Made by a program: the position numbers and the translations under genes
Part shown: positions 38,865 through 49,726 of the stretch, one piece after another
How positions within the stretch are numbered: the stretch's first letter is position 1
How the letters are laid out: each line of letters opens with the position of its first letter
Notes under the pieces: model-generated
Seen by the model: the letters and a program-made list of their open reading frames with translations, nothing else
Databases searched by the model: none
What the model was told of the DNA's origin: nothing
DNA from: Candidatus Cloacimonadales bacterium
GTDB taxonomy: Bacteria; Cloacimonadota; Cloacimonadia; Cloacimonadales; JAFGVF01
Reading direction: 5' to 3'
NCBI GenBank assembly: GCA_963678315.1
Contig: OY782781.1
Location: 1,440,001-1,504,000, forward strand
DNA length: 64,000 nucleotides

Positions 38865-41800
38865 TTATTTCTCAGCATTTCTAACTAATCTAAAACCAAT
38901 ACTTAGGTTTTTATAACTAGGAGAACCATCATTTCTATTAGCAACTCTACAAAATTTGGCTTTACTAAAGTAACATCCACCTCTAGAAACATGATATTTC
39001 CCTGACTTTGGTCCACTAGGATTATCATTATCTGAAGGATTGTATTTATCAGAATAGAAATCATAGCACCATTCATAAGCATTTCCAGACATGTCATATA
39101 ATCCTAATTCGTTTGGCTTATATTTCATAATGATAGTTGGACAATAGTTAAAACTAGTTTTTCTGGATAACTGATATTTATAAAATGCAACACTATATAT
39201 ATTGTTACTACCTGCATAAATGTATTCTTTACTTTTTTTACCTCCACGGGCAGCATATTCCCATTCTGCTTCAGGCGGAAGTCTATAACCATTCGCTTCT
39301 TTATTGAAAATAACACCATTATCTGTGATTTTGTATACTTGATCATATCCTGCTAGCTGGCTTTTATAATTGCAAAATTTAATAGCATTTAACCAACTAA
39401 CATCACAGACAGCTAACATTGGTGAGCCAGATTTATCCTTAAAGCCATAATAAGCCATGATATTATTGTATTCGTTAACTGTAACTTCATGGCGACAAAT
39501 CATAAATGAATTTACCATAACTCTATGAACAGGCTGCTCATCTGATTCGGAGTCTATATCTTCACTACCCATTAAGAAGAAACCACCCTCTACCTTAACC
39601 ATATTATCATTTCTAATATCATCTTTAAATAGATAAGTGAATTTAGTATTAACACCGGTTGGATATCCATCTAAGGTAAATGTGACATAGAAGTTGGTAT
39701 TTTTTGAGATCTCTATCGGACTAGTATATTTTCTATTTCGAGAGTTATTCCTAAAACTTGATGTGTTATAGTAAATTTCTGCATTATCATATACAGATGA
39801 AAACTCTAATTTTATTGGTTTATCGTATATGCCAGGTTCAATATTTGCCTCAGGTGCTTTATAACTGAATCTGTAAAATTTAGTGCACGTATCATTTGGG
39901 TAGCAATTATCCTTAAAAGCTTTTGCTTTAACTGTTGATGATTTATAGATAGGGAAGGGTTCTGTATATTTTGTAGAATATTTTGTTGGCTCACTTTTGT
40001 TTAATGTATAGTAAATATCAGCATCTTTGTCTTTACTACTTATGCTCACTTTGATTGCTTTATTATGTTGTTCTTTAGATGGTTTTATATTTAAGTTATC
40101 CATTATTTTTATGTCTTTGCTAACATTATTACGAGCTACTCTAAAAGCTAAATTACTATTGTTTATATTACGTAATTGGTATAATGTATTATCTAATAAT
40201 AGATAAGGTTCACTATTATATTTTGAATCACTATCTTCTGATTTGCTATGTATTTCTAGAGAATTAGTAAACAACTCGTGTATTCCAAGAAGACCAGCTT
40301 GGGAAACATTAACAGCTTGCTGAGGATATGAAGTATCTGTAATATATTTTCTTGGGAAATATTCAAAAATAGAGCTTTGGGATTTATTTTCTAAAGCTTC
40401 TAAATATTCATATTCAGCATTGGATGGTAATCTATAACCATTTAAATCACTTTTTTTAATATTCTTAGAAAAATTATCATAAAATAAGACTAAGTTCTCT
40501 TTGGTACTTAGCTGATTAAGATAGTTACATGCTTCATTATAAGAACATAGAGAAGGAAGGAAGTTTTTATAGTAATATTTATCGGGTTTTGAATCATCAA
40601 TGATTAATGATAAATTCTTATAATGTCTCGCAAGATTTGTTTCTTTTACTGGAACTTTATATTTAGATATATAAAAATCATTAATTTTAGCTATGTTTTT
40701 ATCTACTTTCACTAAAACCATCTCATTATCTATTTTGGTCTCATTTATGAAAAATTTGCGTCTTAAGGTTAGAGAATTAGAAGAGTTTTTAGTGAACACT
40801 TTTGCTTTGAGAACACAACTTTTAGAAAGTGTAATTTTATCTTTATAAATTTTAGAATATTTTGTAGGGTTAGAGCCATCAAGAGTATATCATATTTTTG
40901 CTTTGGGGATAAAATGAAGTAGAATGATTTCAATTGTGTCTTTATAATAACCACTTTGTATATTACATTTTGGAGCTGGTATTATTCTTTCATCTTTTTT
41001 TACGACGTTTTTAGCTAATCTAAAGAATATTCGGTCTTTTTTTAACTCTTGATTTATAGAATGTCTATCGACATTGGCTTTTGAATTAAAGGTTATTGTT
41101 TGATCATTATTATTTCTAGCCTTCTTTCTTTTGCATGAATTTTGGATAGTAACTTGTTTTACAACTCTATCTTTTCCATATTTAGAACCTATAGGGTTTA
41201 TTTCCTTTTTTTCATTAAAGTCATCATATCTTTCCAGCAAAATTCCCAGTTACCATTGTAAAGTTCTATCATACCAAGCATATTTTGGAAAGCAGGTCTT
41301 GAAAATGAAAATTCATCAGGGGAAAATGTTTTAAACATACTATTATAATTGTTAGGTGAACCTTGGTATTTGAATTCTAAATTGCTATTAACAGATTTGG
41401 CAGTGTATTCCCATTCTGCTTCTGTAGGCAATCTATATCCATTTGAATTATTATTTATTCTTATTCCATCATCATCTATGATATAGTAAGGTATAAATCC
41501 ATCAATTTCACTTTTTTTATTGCAGAAAAGAGCAATATCTTTCCATGAAATACCAGTCTTGTAGCTATATATTTTTTCGTTAGTTTTATTATCAATTCCC
41601 ATAACATGATTATACTCTTCTATCGTAACTCTTCCTTTGCCTATAAGAAATGCGTCCAGTTCTACTTGGTGAAGTGGCAGACACCACATTCTTTGAGAAC
41701 TTTCATCTCCCATAGTAAATGTACCAGCCGGAACATAAATGAATTCTGAATAATATTTTAATTCTTGTGTAGATTTTACATCTCCACCAGGAAGCTTAAT

Positions 41801-41914
41801 ATGATTCATCATCTCTTCTTTGGCTTGTAAGAAAGCTACATTGCAAATGATTATCAAGATGATTGCATAAACATTCTTACAAAGAAAAACAAATTTACCT
41901 AACTTATAATTCAT
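38865..41914 (-). pseudogene. Disrupted ~1000-aa protein with three FGE-sulfatase domains and Fn3/chitobiase-like spacers
   Basis: ORFs 41198-41914, 40890-41240 and 38865-40799 join into one frame through a 1-nt frameshift near 41235 (WEFCW|ERYDD) and an in-frame TGA at 40890-40892 (KAKI*YTLDGSNPT). Confidence 0.8.
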
Positions 41915-41965
41915 AACTATCTCCTACTTAAGCTTAAATACTGCTCTAATATAAAATTGTAATTT

Positions 41966-42166
41966 TTAACCCATTTGATGCAGTAGGCTTGACGAAAATA
42001 GTGCAGATTCTTTCAGCAAAATATCTTACAGAATCGAAGTTTGAATAATATATATTCTCGCTGAGATTATGGAACTTATTCTTGCCATGAGTCTTCGCTA
42101 AAGCTACGCCCTCACAGGAATAATATAGTACTATTCTAGAAGTTCTACTGTATTAGATGGGTTTAA
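41966..42166 (+). mobile_element. 170-bp palindromic element, copy 2, with a 31-bp nested insertion
   Basis: Closely similar to 24515-24684 except for extra tgagtcttcgctaaagctacgccctcacagg at 42088-42118. Confidence 0.78.
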
Positions 42167-42238
42167 TATTCTTCTTAATTATCCGTTTTTTATTCTTATC
42201 AAATTAATATTCCAGAGAACAAGTTACAAACAAGAGTT

Positions 42239-44020
42239 CTATTTAGGTCCAATTACTAAACAGAATCTGTAATTATCTCTATAAACATTTCTTTTCATTG
42301 CTTCGTAAAATAAATCAGTTGTGGAGGGACTTCTCATAAACCCATTACTATATCTTGGTGAATAAACCATCTTATAATCATATAGAGAAACATACTTAGG
42401 ATTAATGAGGTAGTCTGTTTCATTGATTTTCTCAATATCTTCGGGGTTAATAAATGTTGAAAAACTATCAAAACTATCGTCAGTTAGAAAGACATTGAAC
42501 ATCTCATTCCTGAAAGGAAGTCGATAGCCAATTTTATCAGGGTGATAAATAATTTTATTGTTAGAAAAAGTATAACATTCTTCTAAACCTGATTCTAAAC
42601 TAAGTTTATTGCATAGTTTCATAATCTCTGAAGGTATAATATCATAACATAAATCATCAGGGAAATCATTAGACCATAAATCAGGAGAAATAAAATATGA
42701 GTGTATTACACTATAGTTGCTATCTACTATGCCATCTTTATTAGTATTAGTATTATCATTCATTGAATTATAATATGGAACATATCTGAAATCTTTTACT
42801 ATTTCTGCATCAATAAATGAATATTTTTTCCGAGTTACAAAATCTTTATAGAAATAATTTTTATATTCTGGAATAATTGTTAGAATAGTATTATCACTAA
42901 TCATTAAGGGAAGGGTATAGATATTGGACTTCTTAGTCGGTATAGAAGCATCTAATGTATAATATAGTCTAACATCTTCTTTATCAGTATTGATAGATAT
43001 TATTTGAGATTCTTTATAAATACCAGTTTCAACTGAACAAGTAATTTTTGGTATATCAGTTCTTACTAATCTAAAACCTACATCTTTATAAGCTTTATCA
43101 ATTTGAATCCCTTCTCTATAGGAAGTTGTACATGCTAAACTATCACTATTAAAAGAACCGCCTTTTATAACTACAAGCTTGTTAGCCTCTATCAATGAAT
43201 CATATTTATTATTGGGGTCAGCATAGTCTTCTATGTAATTAAAACATAACTCTGCTACATTACCAGACATATCATATAGACCAATCTCATTAGCTTGCTT
43301 TTGTTTCGAAAGGATAGAATTACTGCTATTTTGTTGAGCGAAATTATTTCCATAAATAGCAACTTTATCAATATCATTTGATCCTGAGAACTTTAAATTG
43401 TAATCTGGCTTACCACTCATAGCAGCTAGAGTCCATTCACTTTCGTCAGGAAGTCTATAACCATTAGCATACTTGTTAACAAAGATATTTCTTAGTAAGT
43501 TTTCAGTAGTTTGATGATCTTGCCTAAATTGAGTAATATTTTCATATCCGAAATTTAAGACACTTATATCAACTTTAATTAACGCACTATAATATGCTTT
43601 AGAAGAAAAGAAATCATCACCTATTTTTGTTGATTGATTATAAACAGGATCTAATCCTTTTTTAATACTTTCGATATTACATTTTTTTAAACAGTCGATT
43701 AAAGAGAGTCCTCTTACAGGTTCAGTTGTTGTTATTGATGCTTCCTTTTGGGAGTTATTTCTCGAAGAGAGATTTTGTTTTAAAAATTCTGTTTTACTTA
43801 TATAAAAAGGGTCAATTTCAACAGTTTCATTAGCTTGATAATTAGCATTTATTTTAGATATTGGGAGTTTTGCTGAATTAATTAGAACAAAATCATCACA
43901 TTGTTTATATTTCTTCTCTCCTTTAATATATGTTAAGTTATAATGATTGAGAAAATAATAGTCAAGGGCTAATAGAATAAATACTATACTTAGAATTATA
44001 CACAAAGTTACTTTTTTCAT
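42239..44020 (-). CDS. FGE-sulfatase (SUMF1-like) domain protein with Fn3/chitobiase-like domain
   Basis: NGYRLPDESEW, ANEIGLYDMSGNVAE, KGGSF, VGFRLVR, YYTLDASIPT; second degenerate domain; ATGA-coupled start at 44020. Confidence 0.85.
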   Translation of the reverse strand: MKKVTLCIILSIVFILLALDYYFLNHYNLTYIKGEKKYKQCDDFVLINSAKLPISKINANYQANETVEIDPFYISKTEFLKQNLSSRNNSQKEASITTTEPVRGLSLIDCLKKCNIESIKKGLDPVYNQSTKIGDDFFSSKAYYSALIKVDISVLNFGYENITQFRQDHQTTENLLRNIFVNKYANGYRLPDESEWTLAAMSGKPDYNLKFSGSNDIDKVAIYGNNFAQQNSSNSILSKQKQANEIGLYDMSGNVAELCFNYIEDYADPNNKYDSLIEANKLVVIKGGSFNSDSLACTTSYREGIQIDKAYKDVGFRLVRTDIPKITCSVETGIYKESQIISINTDKEDVRLYYTLDASIPTKKSNIYTLPLMISDNTILTIIPEYKNYFYKDFVTRKKYSFIDAEIVKDFRYVPYYNSMNDNTNTNKDGIVDSNYSVIHSYFISPDLWSNDFPDDLCYDIIPSEIMKLCNKLSLESGLEECYTFSNNKIIYHPDKIGYRLPFRNEMFNVFLTDDSFDSFSTFINPEDIEKINETDYLINPKYVSLYDYKMVYSPRYSNGFMRSPSTTDLFYEAMKRNVYRDNYRFCLVIGPK

Positions 44021-44778
44021 TTCTCTTCCCAAGTAAATATTAGATCATGATATGGCAGAAAATCAGTTTTTTTCATAATATATAAATCGTTTGTTTGACC
44101 AGTTTTAAGATTTTTATTAAGATCTAGGTAATTGCTATGAAAAACATAGCCTTTAGGTAAAGTGATGGAAATGATACTCTCTTCAAGTGGTTTATTCCAA
44201 GATTTAGTGCTTTCAAGAATATATTTGCCCTTGTTGTTAACAGCTTTGTGGGTATATTCTATGATTAATTCACAGCTTTTACTTAAAGAAAAGTCTAATT
44301 CAATATATATTTCATTAGGGTTTGAATCATTGTTAGTTAAGAGTTTATTCTTGCCCATATGGCTACTTTTAAGTAGTTTAGAATCTTCTTCTTTGGCTAA
44401 ACTTGAATCAATAAGCACAGATTTGTTGTAGTAGGTTCGCTTATTAATTGAAATAAAATCTATCTCAATATCACCATAGTTTTGAGCTATAGGGTAGATG
44501 ATTGTCTCTGGATTGTAGTTTATGTTATTTGGATCAAAACCTCTTGTTAGAGAAACATATCTATCTATTGTAAATATATATTTCCCAGCAACTTTTACTT
44601 CATTATCTTGAGTTATTCTTATATCAACTTGCTCACTCACAAAAGATAAATTTTGTTTTATGTCAGGGGCAATAGGGTTAGTTAAAATAATTGAAACGCT
44701 TGTAATTAGGAATACACATAGCAAAACTCTTTTAATAAAACTGCTAGTTAAATAGAACCAAACTCTTTCTTTTAACAT
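44017..44778 (-). CDS. Secreted hypothetical protein (DUF4424-like)
   Basis: Signal-like N-terminus, SEQVDIRI, YILESTKSWNKPLEESII. Confidence 0.6.
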   Translation of the reverse strand: MLKERVWFYLTSSFIKRVLLCVFLITSVSIILTNPIAPDIKQNLSFVSEQVDIRITQDNEVKVAGKYIFTIDRYVSLTRGFDPNNINYNPETIIYPIAQNYGDIEIDFISINKRTYYNKSVLIDSSLAKEEDSKLLKSSHMGKNKLLTNNDSNPNEIYIELDFSLSKSCELIIEYTHKAVNNKGKYILESTKSWNKPLEESIISITLPKGYVFHSNYLDLNKNLKTGQTNDLYIMKKTDFLPYHDLIFTWEEK

Positions 44779-44968
44779 AATTACTCCTGTTTGTATCTTT
44801 ATGGAATAATCCTATGTTAGTAAAGAATAACTTAGCTGTCAATGAAAAAAAGAATAAACTTATTGTCTAAGTTAAAGAATAAGAAGCATTTGACGTATGT
44901 TAAATAAGTTGTTGATTGTTTTATAATCCTAGCTTAGACTGTTGGTCAGCCTTCAAAGAAGACTTACA

Positions 44969-45805
44969 CTATTCAACAAGTTTTAATTTCTCGCCAAGTA
45001 ACCATTTCTCAATCATCTCAGAATTTAGTGTTTTTCCTAAGATTACTTCCTTTGCTCTAGTCAATGGGTTGTTCGATTCAAAAGTATCAGAAGTAACACT
45101 AAATGGGGGATTATCGTAAGATGAATGAACAAATCTAAAGTATTCTTTACCATCATAAACAATAAAGCCTACATGTCCGACTGGTCCTAAACCGACCACA
45201 TAGATCCCTTTACCTTTTTTCTTTAATTGTTTTTTTAGTTTATTTGTAGTAAAATTCTGGATATAAAGAATATCTTCTGCATTTGCAAAGTTCTTAACTA
45301 TACCTTCAGGATTTTGCCAGGCTATTTTGTAGCGTTCAATTTTAAATCCCATTCCATAAACAGGCATGGTTAGAAAATAACCACAAGCTATTCTGTTTTT
45401 ATCATTTTCATCAGCATTCACTATCGGATATTTCCCTTTTTTAGGAACTTGGCTAATTCCATTAAAATCCCATTCAGTACCGTACCAGGCAGGGAAAACA
45501 TCTTTGACCATATAATTAAAGAGGGAATCTTGACATACTTGAATAATCTCTTTCCTAATGCTGTCATTTTGACCTGCAGTAAAGAGTCTGCTTTGCTCTG
45601 ATCTGAAATCATCAATCTGCTTCATAAGATCTGTGTAGCTAAGCTTATATCTTGGCTTATCATAGTCTGAATAGTCAATACTTAGTAGAGAATCAGTCTC
45701 TTGTAAGTCTGGATTATCTTGTTTATCGCAAGCTATAGTAACGAATACAAGCTTTAATATAAGAACTATAAGAAGGACTCTTTTGCTAAGAATATTCATT
45801 TTCAA
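44969..45805 (-). CDS. Lipoprotein with NlpC/P60-like (papain-fold) motifs
   Basis: Lipobox-like VTIAC; WYGTEWDFNG, IACGYF, GHVGFI, FVHSS. Confidence 0.65.
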   Translation of the reverse strand: MKMNILSKRVLLIVLILKLVFVTIACDKQDNPDLQETDSLLSIDYSDYDKPRYKLSYTDLMKQIDDFRSEQSRLFTAGQNDSIRKEIIQVCQDSLFNYMVKDVFPAWYGTEWDFNGISQVPKKGKYPIVNADENDKNRIACGYFLTMPVYGMGFKIERYKIAWQNPEGIVKNFANAEDILYIQNFTTNKLKKQLKKKGKGIYVVGLGPVGHVGFIVYDGKEYFRFVHSSYDNPPFSVTSDTFESNNPLTRAKEVILGKTLNSEMIEKWLLGEKLKLVE

Positions 45806-45826
45806 GGAGTATTTTTCCTATACATG

Positions 45827-47383
45827 TTAATCTACAATAGCAATAACACGGTAGAACAACTTGGAATTACTTGGATTATAATGAATGAAATATGTGTTAG
45901 AAGTAGTGCTTGAGCTATTTATAACAGAAAAATCTACATCTTCGCTCCATTCTACTCTGTATGATATTTCCTCATTGCTTATATCATTGCCTTGAATATC
46001 TTGAAGAACACTATCCCAGTCTAATCTTATATTAGAGCTGTTTCTTGTAACAATGAGATTACTAGCTTCTAAAGGGTTTGTATATTGAGCAGGAACTGTA
46101 AAAGATAGATTTTGTAGAGAACCATATTCACCTCTACCTGAAGCAAGAAGGCTTCCATCATCAAGTGTTATAGTCCAAGAATTTTCCTGCCCCCATCCAT
46201 CATTCTCAGTATAAGTGTAATCGTAGTCTCCAGGAGCTAAATAAAAAGTAGTTCTTCCTTCTGAACCACCAGAAAGTGTAATTATTGCTCCGTTGAAGTT
46301 AAGATAATTCTGGTCACCATTATTAGTCCATCCATCTCCATAAGAATCAAATAGGTCGAAGTGAACAGCAATATCACCATTATTAACATTTGGACCTAAC
46401 TCAATTACGCTGACTGCATATTGAGCCATTTCGTAATACATTCCACCCCATTGCATGGTATGAGTTGAATAATCCCATGTGTTGTTAATATAAATTTCTT
46501 CAGTTGCTGAATTGTAGCCAATGCCTAGCATTGTATGACCTTCTACATGAATTAAGACAGGCCTGTCATTATCTATTTCTTGCATGAATTGAGCAAAAGT
46601 AAAACCCTCTGTAGCTCCATCATAACCGTTAATCAACTGATTATAGTTGCTATTAACTTGGTAACCACGTGACTCAATAAACTGCTTTAATCCTCTTGTA
46701 CCATCTTTCTTTCTTGGGCTATCATCTTCTCCACCAGTAAAATCATGCAAAGCATAACCTGAATTATTAGTATAGAATGTGGTAGCACCATCTGTATTAT
46801 TCCAGTACTTTTGGTTTGTTCCCATAAAATCACCAGTACAATCTCCTAGTTCATGCTGATTCCAGCCATTAGTCATGTAGGGATCATCTGCTGTTGAGTT
46901 GAAGGTAACCCAATAATCTTCAACATGACCTCTAATAGTTCTACCATCGATTCCTTGATTAGTTGCACTTAATGGACATTCTCCATCGCCACCTTCTCCT
47001 CCAGAACCTGCATTCCAAATACTATTATCTAAGGGCATTACACCATTATTAGTCGGACCTGTGTACATGTTTGGATAACCATTTCTATCATAGTAAGCCA
47101 TCATCATGGCGGCAGCAGTTGCAGAACAACCATAAGACCAGTCATAGGAAGGAACATCACTAATAATAGTGACATTTCTAGTATTGAGAAGTTGCTCCAT
47201 ATCTACAGAATCACTATCTCGGACATATCCTTTGGGTGGTCTTCCTGCAGGTACTTGTACTGCAATAATCTCATTACCGCTTCTATCGTTTTTTCTATCA
47301 ACTATAAATTTATCTAAAGGCTTTAGCCCTAAAGCTAAACCCATAATGTTAACTAAACAAATTATTAATATTATCTTTTTCAT
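45827..47383 (-). CDS. Secreted papain-like cysteine peptidase (C10/C39-like)
   Basis: WSYGCSATAAAMMMAYYD, RPVLIHVEGHTMLGIGY, INNTW; GAGG RBS favours start 47383. Confidence 0.7.
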   Translation of the reverse strand: MKKIILIICLVNIMGLALGLKPLDKFIVDRKNDRSGNEIIAVQVPAGRPPKGYVRDSDSVDMEQLLNTRNVTIISDVPSYDWSYGCSATAAAMMMAYYDRNGYPNMYTGPTNNGVMPLDNSIWNAGSGGEGGDGECPLSATNQGIDGRTIRGHVEDYWVTFNSTADDPYMTNGWNQHELGDCTGDFMGTNQKYWNNTDGATTFYTNNSGYALHDFTGGEDDSPRKKDGTRGLKQFIESRGYQVNSNYNQLINGYDGATEGFTFAQFMQEIDNDRPVLIHVEGHTMLGIGYNSATEEIYINNTWDYSTHTMQWGGMYYEMAQYAVSVIELGPNVNNGDIAVHFDLFDSYGDGWTNNGDQNYLNFNGAIITLSGGSEGRTTFYLAPGDYDYTYTENDGWGQENSWTITLDDGSLLASGRGEYGSLQNLSFTVPAQYTNPLEASNLIVTRNSSNIRLDWDSVLQDIQGNDISNEEISYRVEWSEDVDFSVINSSSTTSNTYFIHYNPSNSKLFYRVIAIVD

Positions 47384-47492
47384 TTTTAACCTCTTTACCA
47401 ATATTAATTCTTTAAAGAGTCATGGCAATAAAAAAGATATTAATATTTCTTGAAGGAGGATTATTAGTTTACTTTCCTCACTCTTCACTTCT

Positions 47493-47616
47493 CCCACGAT
47501 TGAAATCATGGGCTCTTAGAAGATATGTCCTTTCAGGACAAAGCAAGAGAGACGTTTTGCGAAACGTCTCTGTAAGAATATTCAGTGTTGTAGGGGCAGA
47601 TGACATAGCCCCTACA
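47493..47616. repeat. Cluster of REP-like hairpins downstream of the FGE gene
   Basis: cccacgat-tgaa-atcatggg; tgtcctttcaggaca; agagacgtttt-gc-gaaacgtctct; tgtaggggc-n10-gcccctaca (47589-47616). Confidence 0.75.
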
Positions 47617-47644
47617 GAATTTCAATTTGCTTTACGACTATGGT

Positions 47645-48727
47645 TTATGGCTTACGGACAATGCGGAAGCCTATATCGTAGAAGTTGAAAGCAGGATCGT
47701 GGTAGCCACGATTAGCAACACGGCAGCCGGAAGAACCATAGAACCAGCAACCACCACCTAAGATACGGTAATACCCACTAGAAGGGCCTGTCGGATTAGT
47801 TTGAGCTGATGAAGAGTATGAACCATTCCAGTCATTACACCATTCCCATACATTACCTGACATATCATATAAGCCTAGTTGATTAGGTAGCTTTGTTCCA
47901 ACCACTTTAGTTCCATATTGTGGTGTTCCATAAGACCCATTGTTAGTAGAATACCAGGCATAGTTGGTTAATTCAGATTCTATATTTGTCCCTGAATATT
48001 GATTATATCCACTTGCTGGCTCTTGATTACCACCTTTAGCTGCATACATCCACTCCATCTCTGTTGGAAGTCTATAACCATTAGCAGTAAAATCACAAGA
48101 CCAATCCGATGTATCATAACATGGTGTTAAGCCTTCTTGAAGACTTCTAGTATTGCAATACTCAACTGCATTATACCATGTAACATAGTAGACAGGATAA
48201 TCAATTCCGACCCCATAATCATTAGCAGGATTAGAACCGATAACAGCCTCATATTCAGCTTGAGTAACTTCATTCTTAGACATATAGAAATCACTTAAGG
48301 TAACATCAGCTGTACCATTGTTGAAGGTGCCACCTGTTATATATACAAGTGATTCAACTTCTTCTGCTCCGAGAGGATTAGTAGGAACAAGAGGATTATC
48401 ACGAGCAATAAGTTTAATTTTGTATTGATTTCCACTAGTAATTCCATCTTCTGAAGGGGTCCAGTTGATAACCTTATCTATACCAGGAGATACTTCATTT
48501 CCTACATGGCCTGATAATGCTGTTGGATAGATATCGTAGTTTGCACCATTATCTTGAGAAACTAGAACTATCACTTGACACTGCCCATCAGCTTGCAAAT
48601 CGTAGACAATTTCAACATTCCCAGATTGTGGAGTAACTTGAATATTTGAGATAACAGGTGAAGCAGCATATACAAATGATATTGCAAACACTAAAGATAT
48701 TAATAATAGATATTTTTTCATACTCAC
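47645..48727 (-). CDS. FGE-sulfatase (C-type lectin fold) protein; candidate DGR target
   Basis: EVTQAEY, YPVYYVTWYNA, GYRLPTEMEW, PNQLGLYDMSGNVWEWC, GGCW...CRVANR...IGFRIVR. Confidence 0.9.
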   Translation of the reverse strand: MSMKKYLLLISLVFAISFVYAASPVISNIQVTPQSGNVEIVYDLQADGQCQVIVLVSQDNGANYDIYPTALSGHVGNEVSPGIDKVINWTPSEDGITSGNQYKIKLIARDNPLVPTNPLGAEEVESLVYITGGTFNNGTADVTLSDFYMSKNEVTQAEYEAVIGSNPANDYGVGIDYPVYYVTWYNAVEYCNTRSLQEGLTPCYDTSDWSCDFTANGYRLPTEMEWMYAAKGGNQEPASGYNQYSGTNIESELTNYAWYSTNNGSYGTPQYGTKVVGTKLPNQLGLYDMSGNVWEWCNDWNGSYSSSAQTNPTGPSSGYYRILGGGCWFYGSSGCRVANRGYHDPAFNFYDIGFRIVRKP

Positions 48728-48730
48728 GCC

Positions 48731-49456
48731 CTATTTTACCAAGATAGCTTTTTTGACTTGATTTTTTAATGAACTATTCATTCTAATTAAATATATTCCA
48801 GAAGAACAATCTTTACCATTCATATTTTTACCATTCCAAACTACATTATGAAATCCTTCTGCATAAGTTTCATCAGTTAGTATATTAATTAACTGTCCTT
48901 TAATATTGTAAATTTCCAATTTTACATTACTTGATTCAGCTAAGTAAAACTTAATAGATGTACTTGGATTAAAGGGATTAGGATATATACTTTCTAATGA
49001 AGTAAATTGAGGAATAGTAAAATCTTCTACGTCATGATTTTCTTGTACTGTAACTTGTACAGGACCGAAGAATTCATTGCAACTATAGCCAACGCTTTTG
49101 ATCCAGTAATAGTAAGTCTTTTCAGATTCTATTTCAGAATCATGATAAGAATAGTTATTGGTTAAATTAGTGTTATTTGCAAATATGATATCAGAGTTAA
49201 TATTTTCAGCTGCATCTAAGTTCTCTGATTCAGATCTGTAAATGTGATAACCAACTAAGTTTGATTCGCTTTGAGTAGTCCAATTAATAGCAATTGCATC
49301 ATTGCTAACATTTGGAATTGCCATAAATGATGAAAGTGATACTGGTAAAGTTTCATCACTGATTGCAAAAACAGAGGATTCAACAAAACCTGTTAATGAA
49401 AATAGCATACCAGTAGTTAGTAACATAAGTAAAGTAAATATGAAGTTCTTCTTCAT
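48731..49456 (-). CDS. Small secreted protein with FlgD-Ig/T9SS-type C-terminal domain
   Basis: Signal peptide, TLPVSLSSF..WTTQSE..GYHIYR, YPNPFNPST..IYNIKGQ..WNGKN..SSGIY. Confidence 0.85.
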   Translation of the reverse strand: MKKNFIFTLLMLLTTGMLFSLTGFVESSVFAISDETLPVSLSSFMAIPNVSNDAIAINWTTQSESNLVGYHIYRSESENLDAAENINSDIIFANNTNLTNNYSYHDSEIESEKTYYYWIKSVGYSCNEFFGPVQVTVQENHDVEDFTIPQFTSLESIYPNPFNPSTSIKFYLAESSNVKLEIYNIKGQLINILTDETYAEGFHNVVWNGKNMNGKDCSSGIYLIRMNSSLKNQVKKAILVK

Positions 49457-49726
49457 TTTTTTCTCCTTCTTGCATTATATTCAACCTAGATTTATTTTTT
49501 AGGAGTTATGTATAACCAAAGCATAAAAACTATCTAATATTATAACAATATTCTTTTCTGTAAAGAATTTTTTTAATATATGCTAAAAATAAAATGTAAA
49601 GCATTTACAAGTTTGCATAGTGTATCTGATAGATTTTTAAAAATATCTAGGAGTGCATGCTGAAGTTTCGACCTGTCACACTCTTAGCATGCATAAGAAG
49701 AACGTTCGTTCATCTCTAAAGTTTGT

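Noticed and set aside
38865..39000. Second DGR variable region in the triple-FGE gene
   Set aside because: Codons are ordinary for this genome (AGA, AAA, T-ending), with no NNC enrichment
40890..40892. Selenocysteine or recoded TGA
   Set aside because: The position is normally Arg/Tyr, the same gene also has a frameshift, and TGA serves as a normal stop elsewhere (44017, 57142)
47422..47688. 88-aa plus-strand ORF
   Set aside because: Spans the REP hairpin cluster and overlaps the FGE gene antisense
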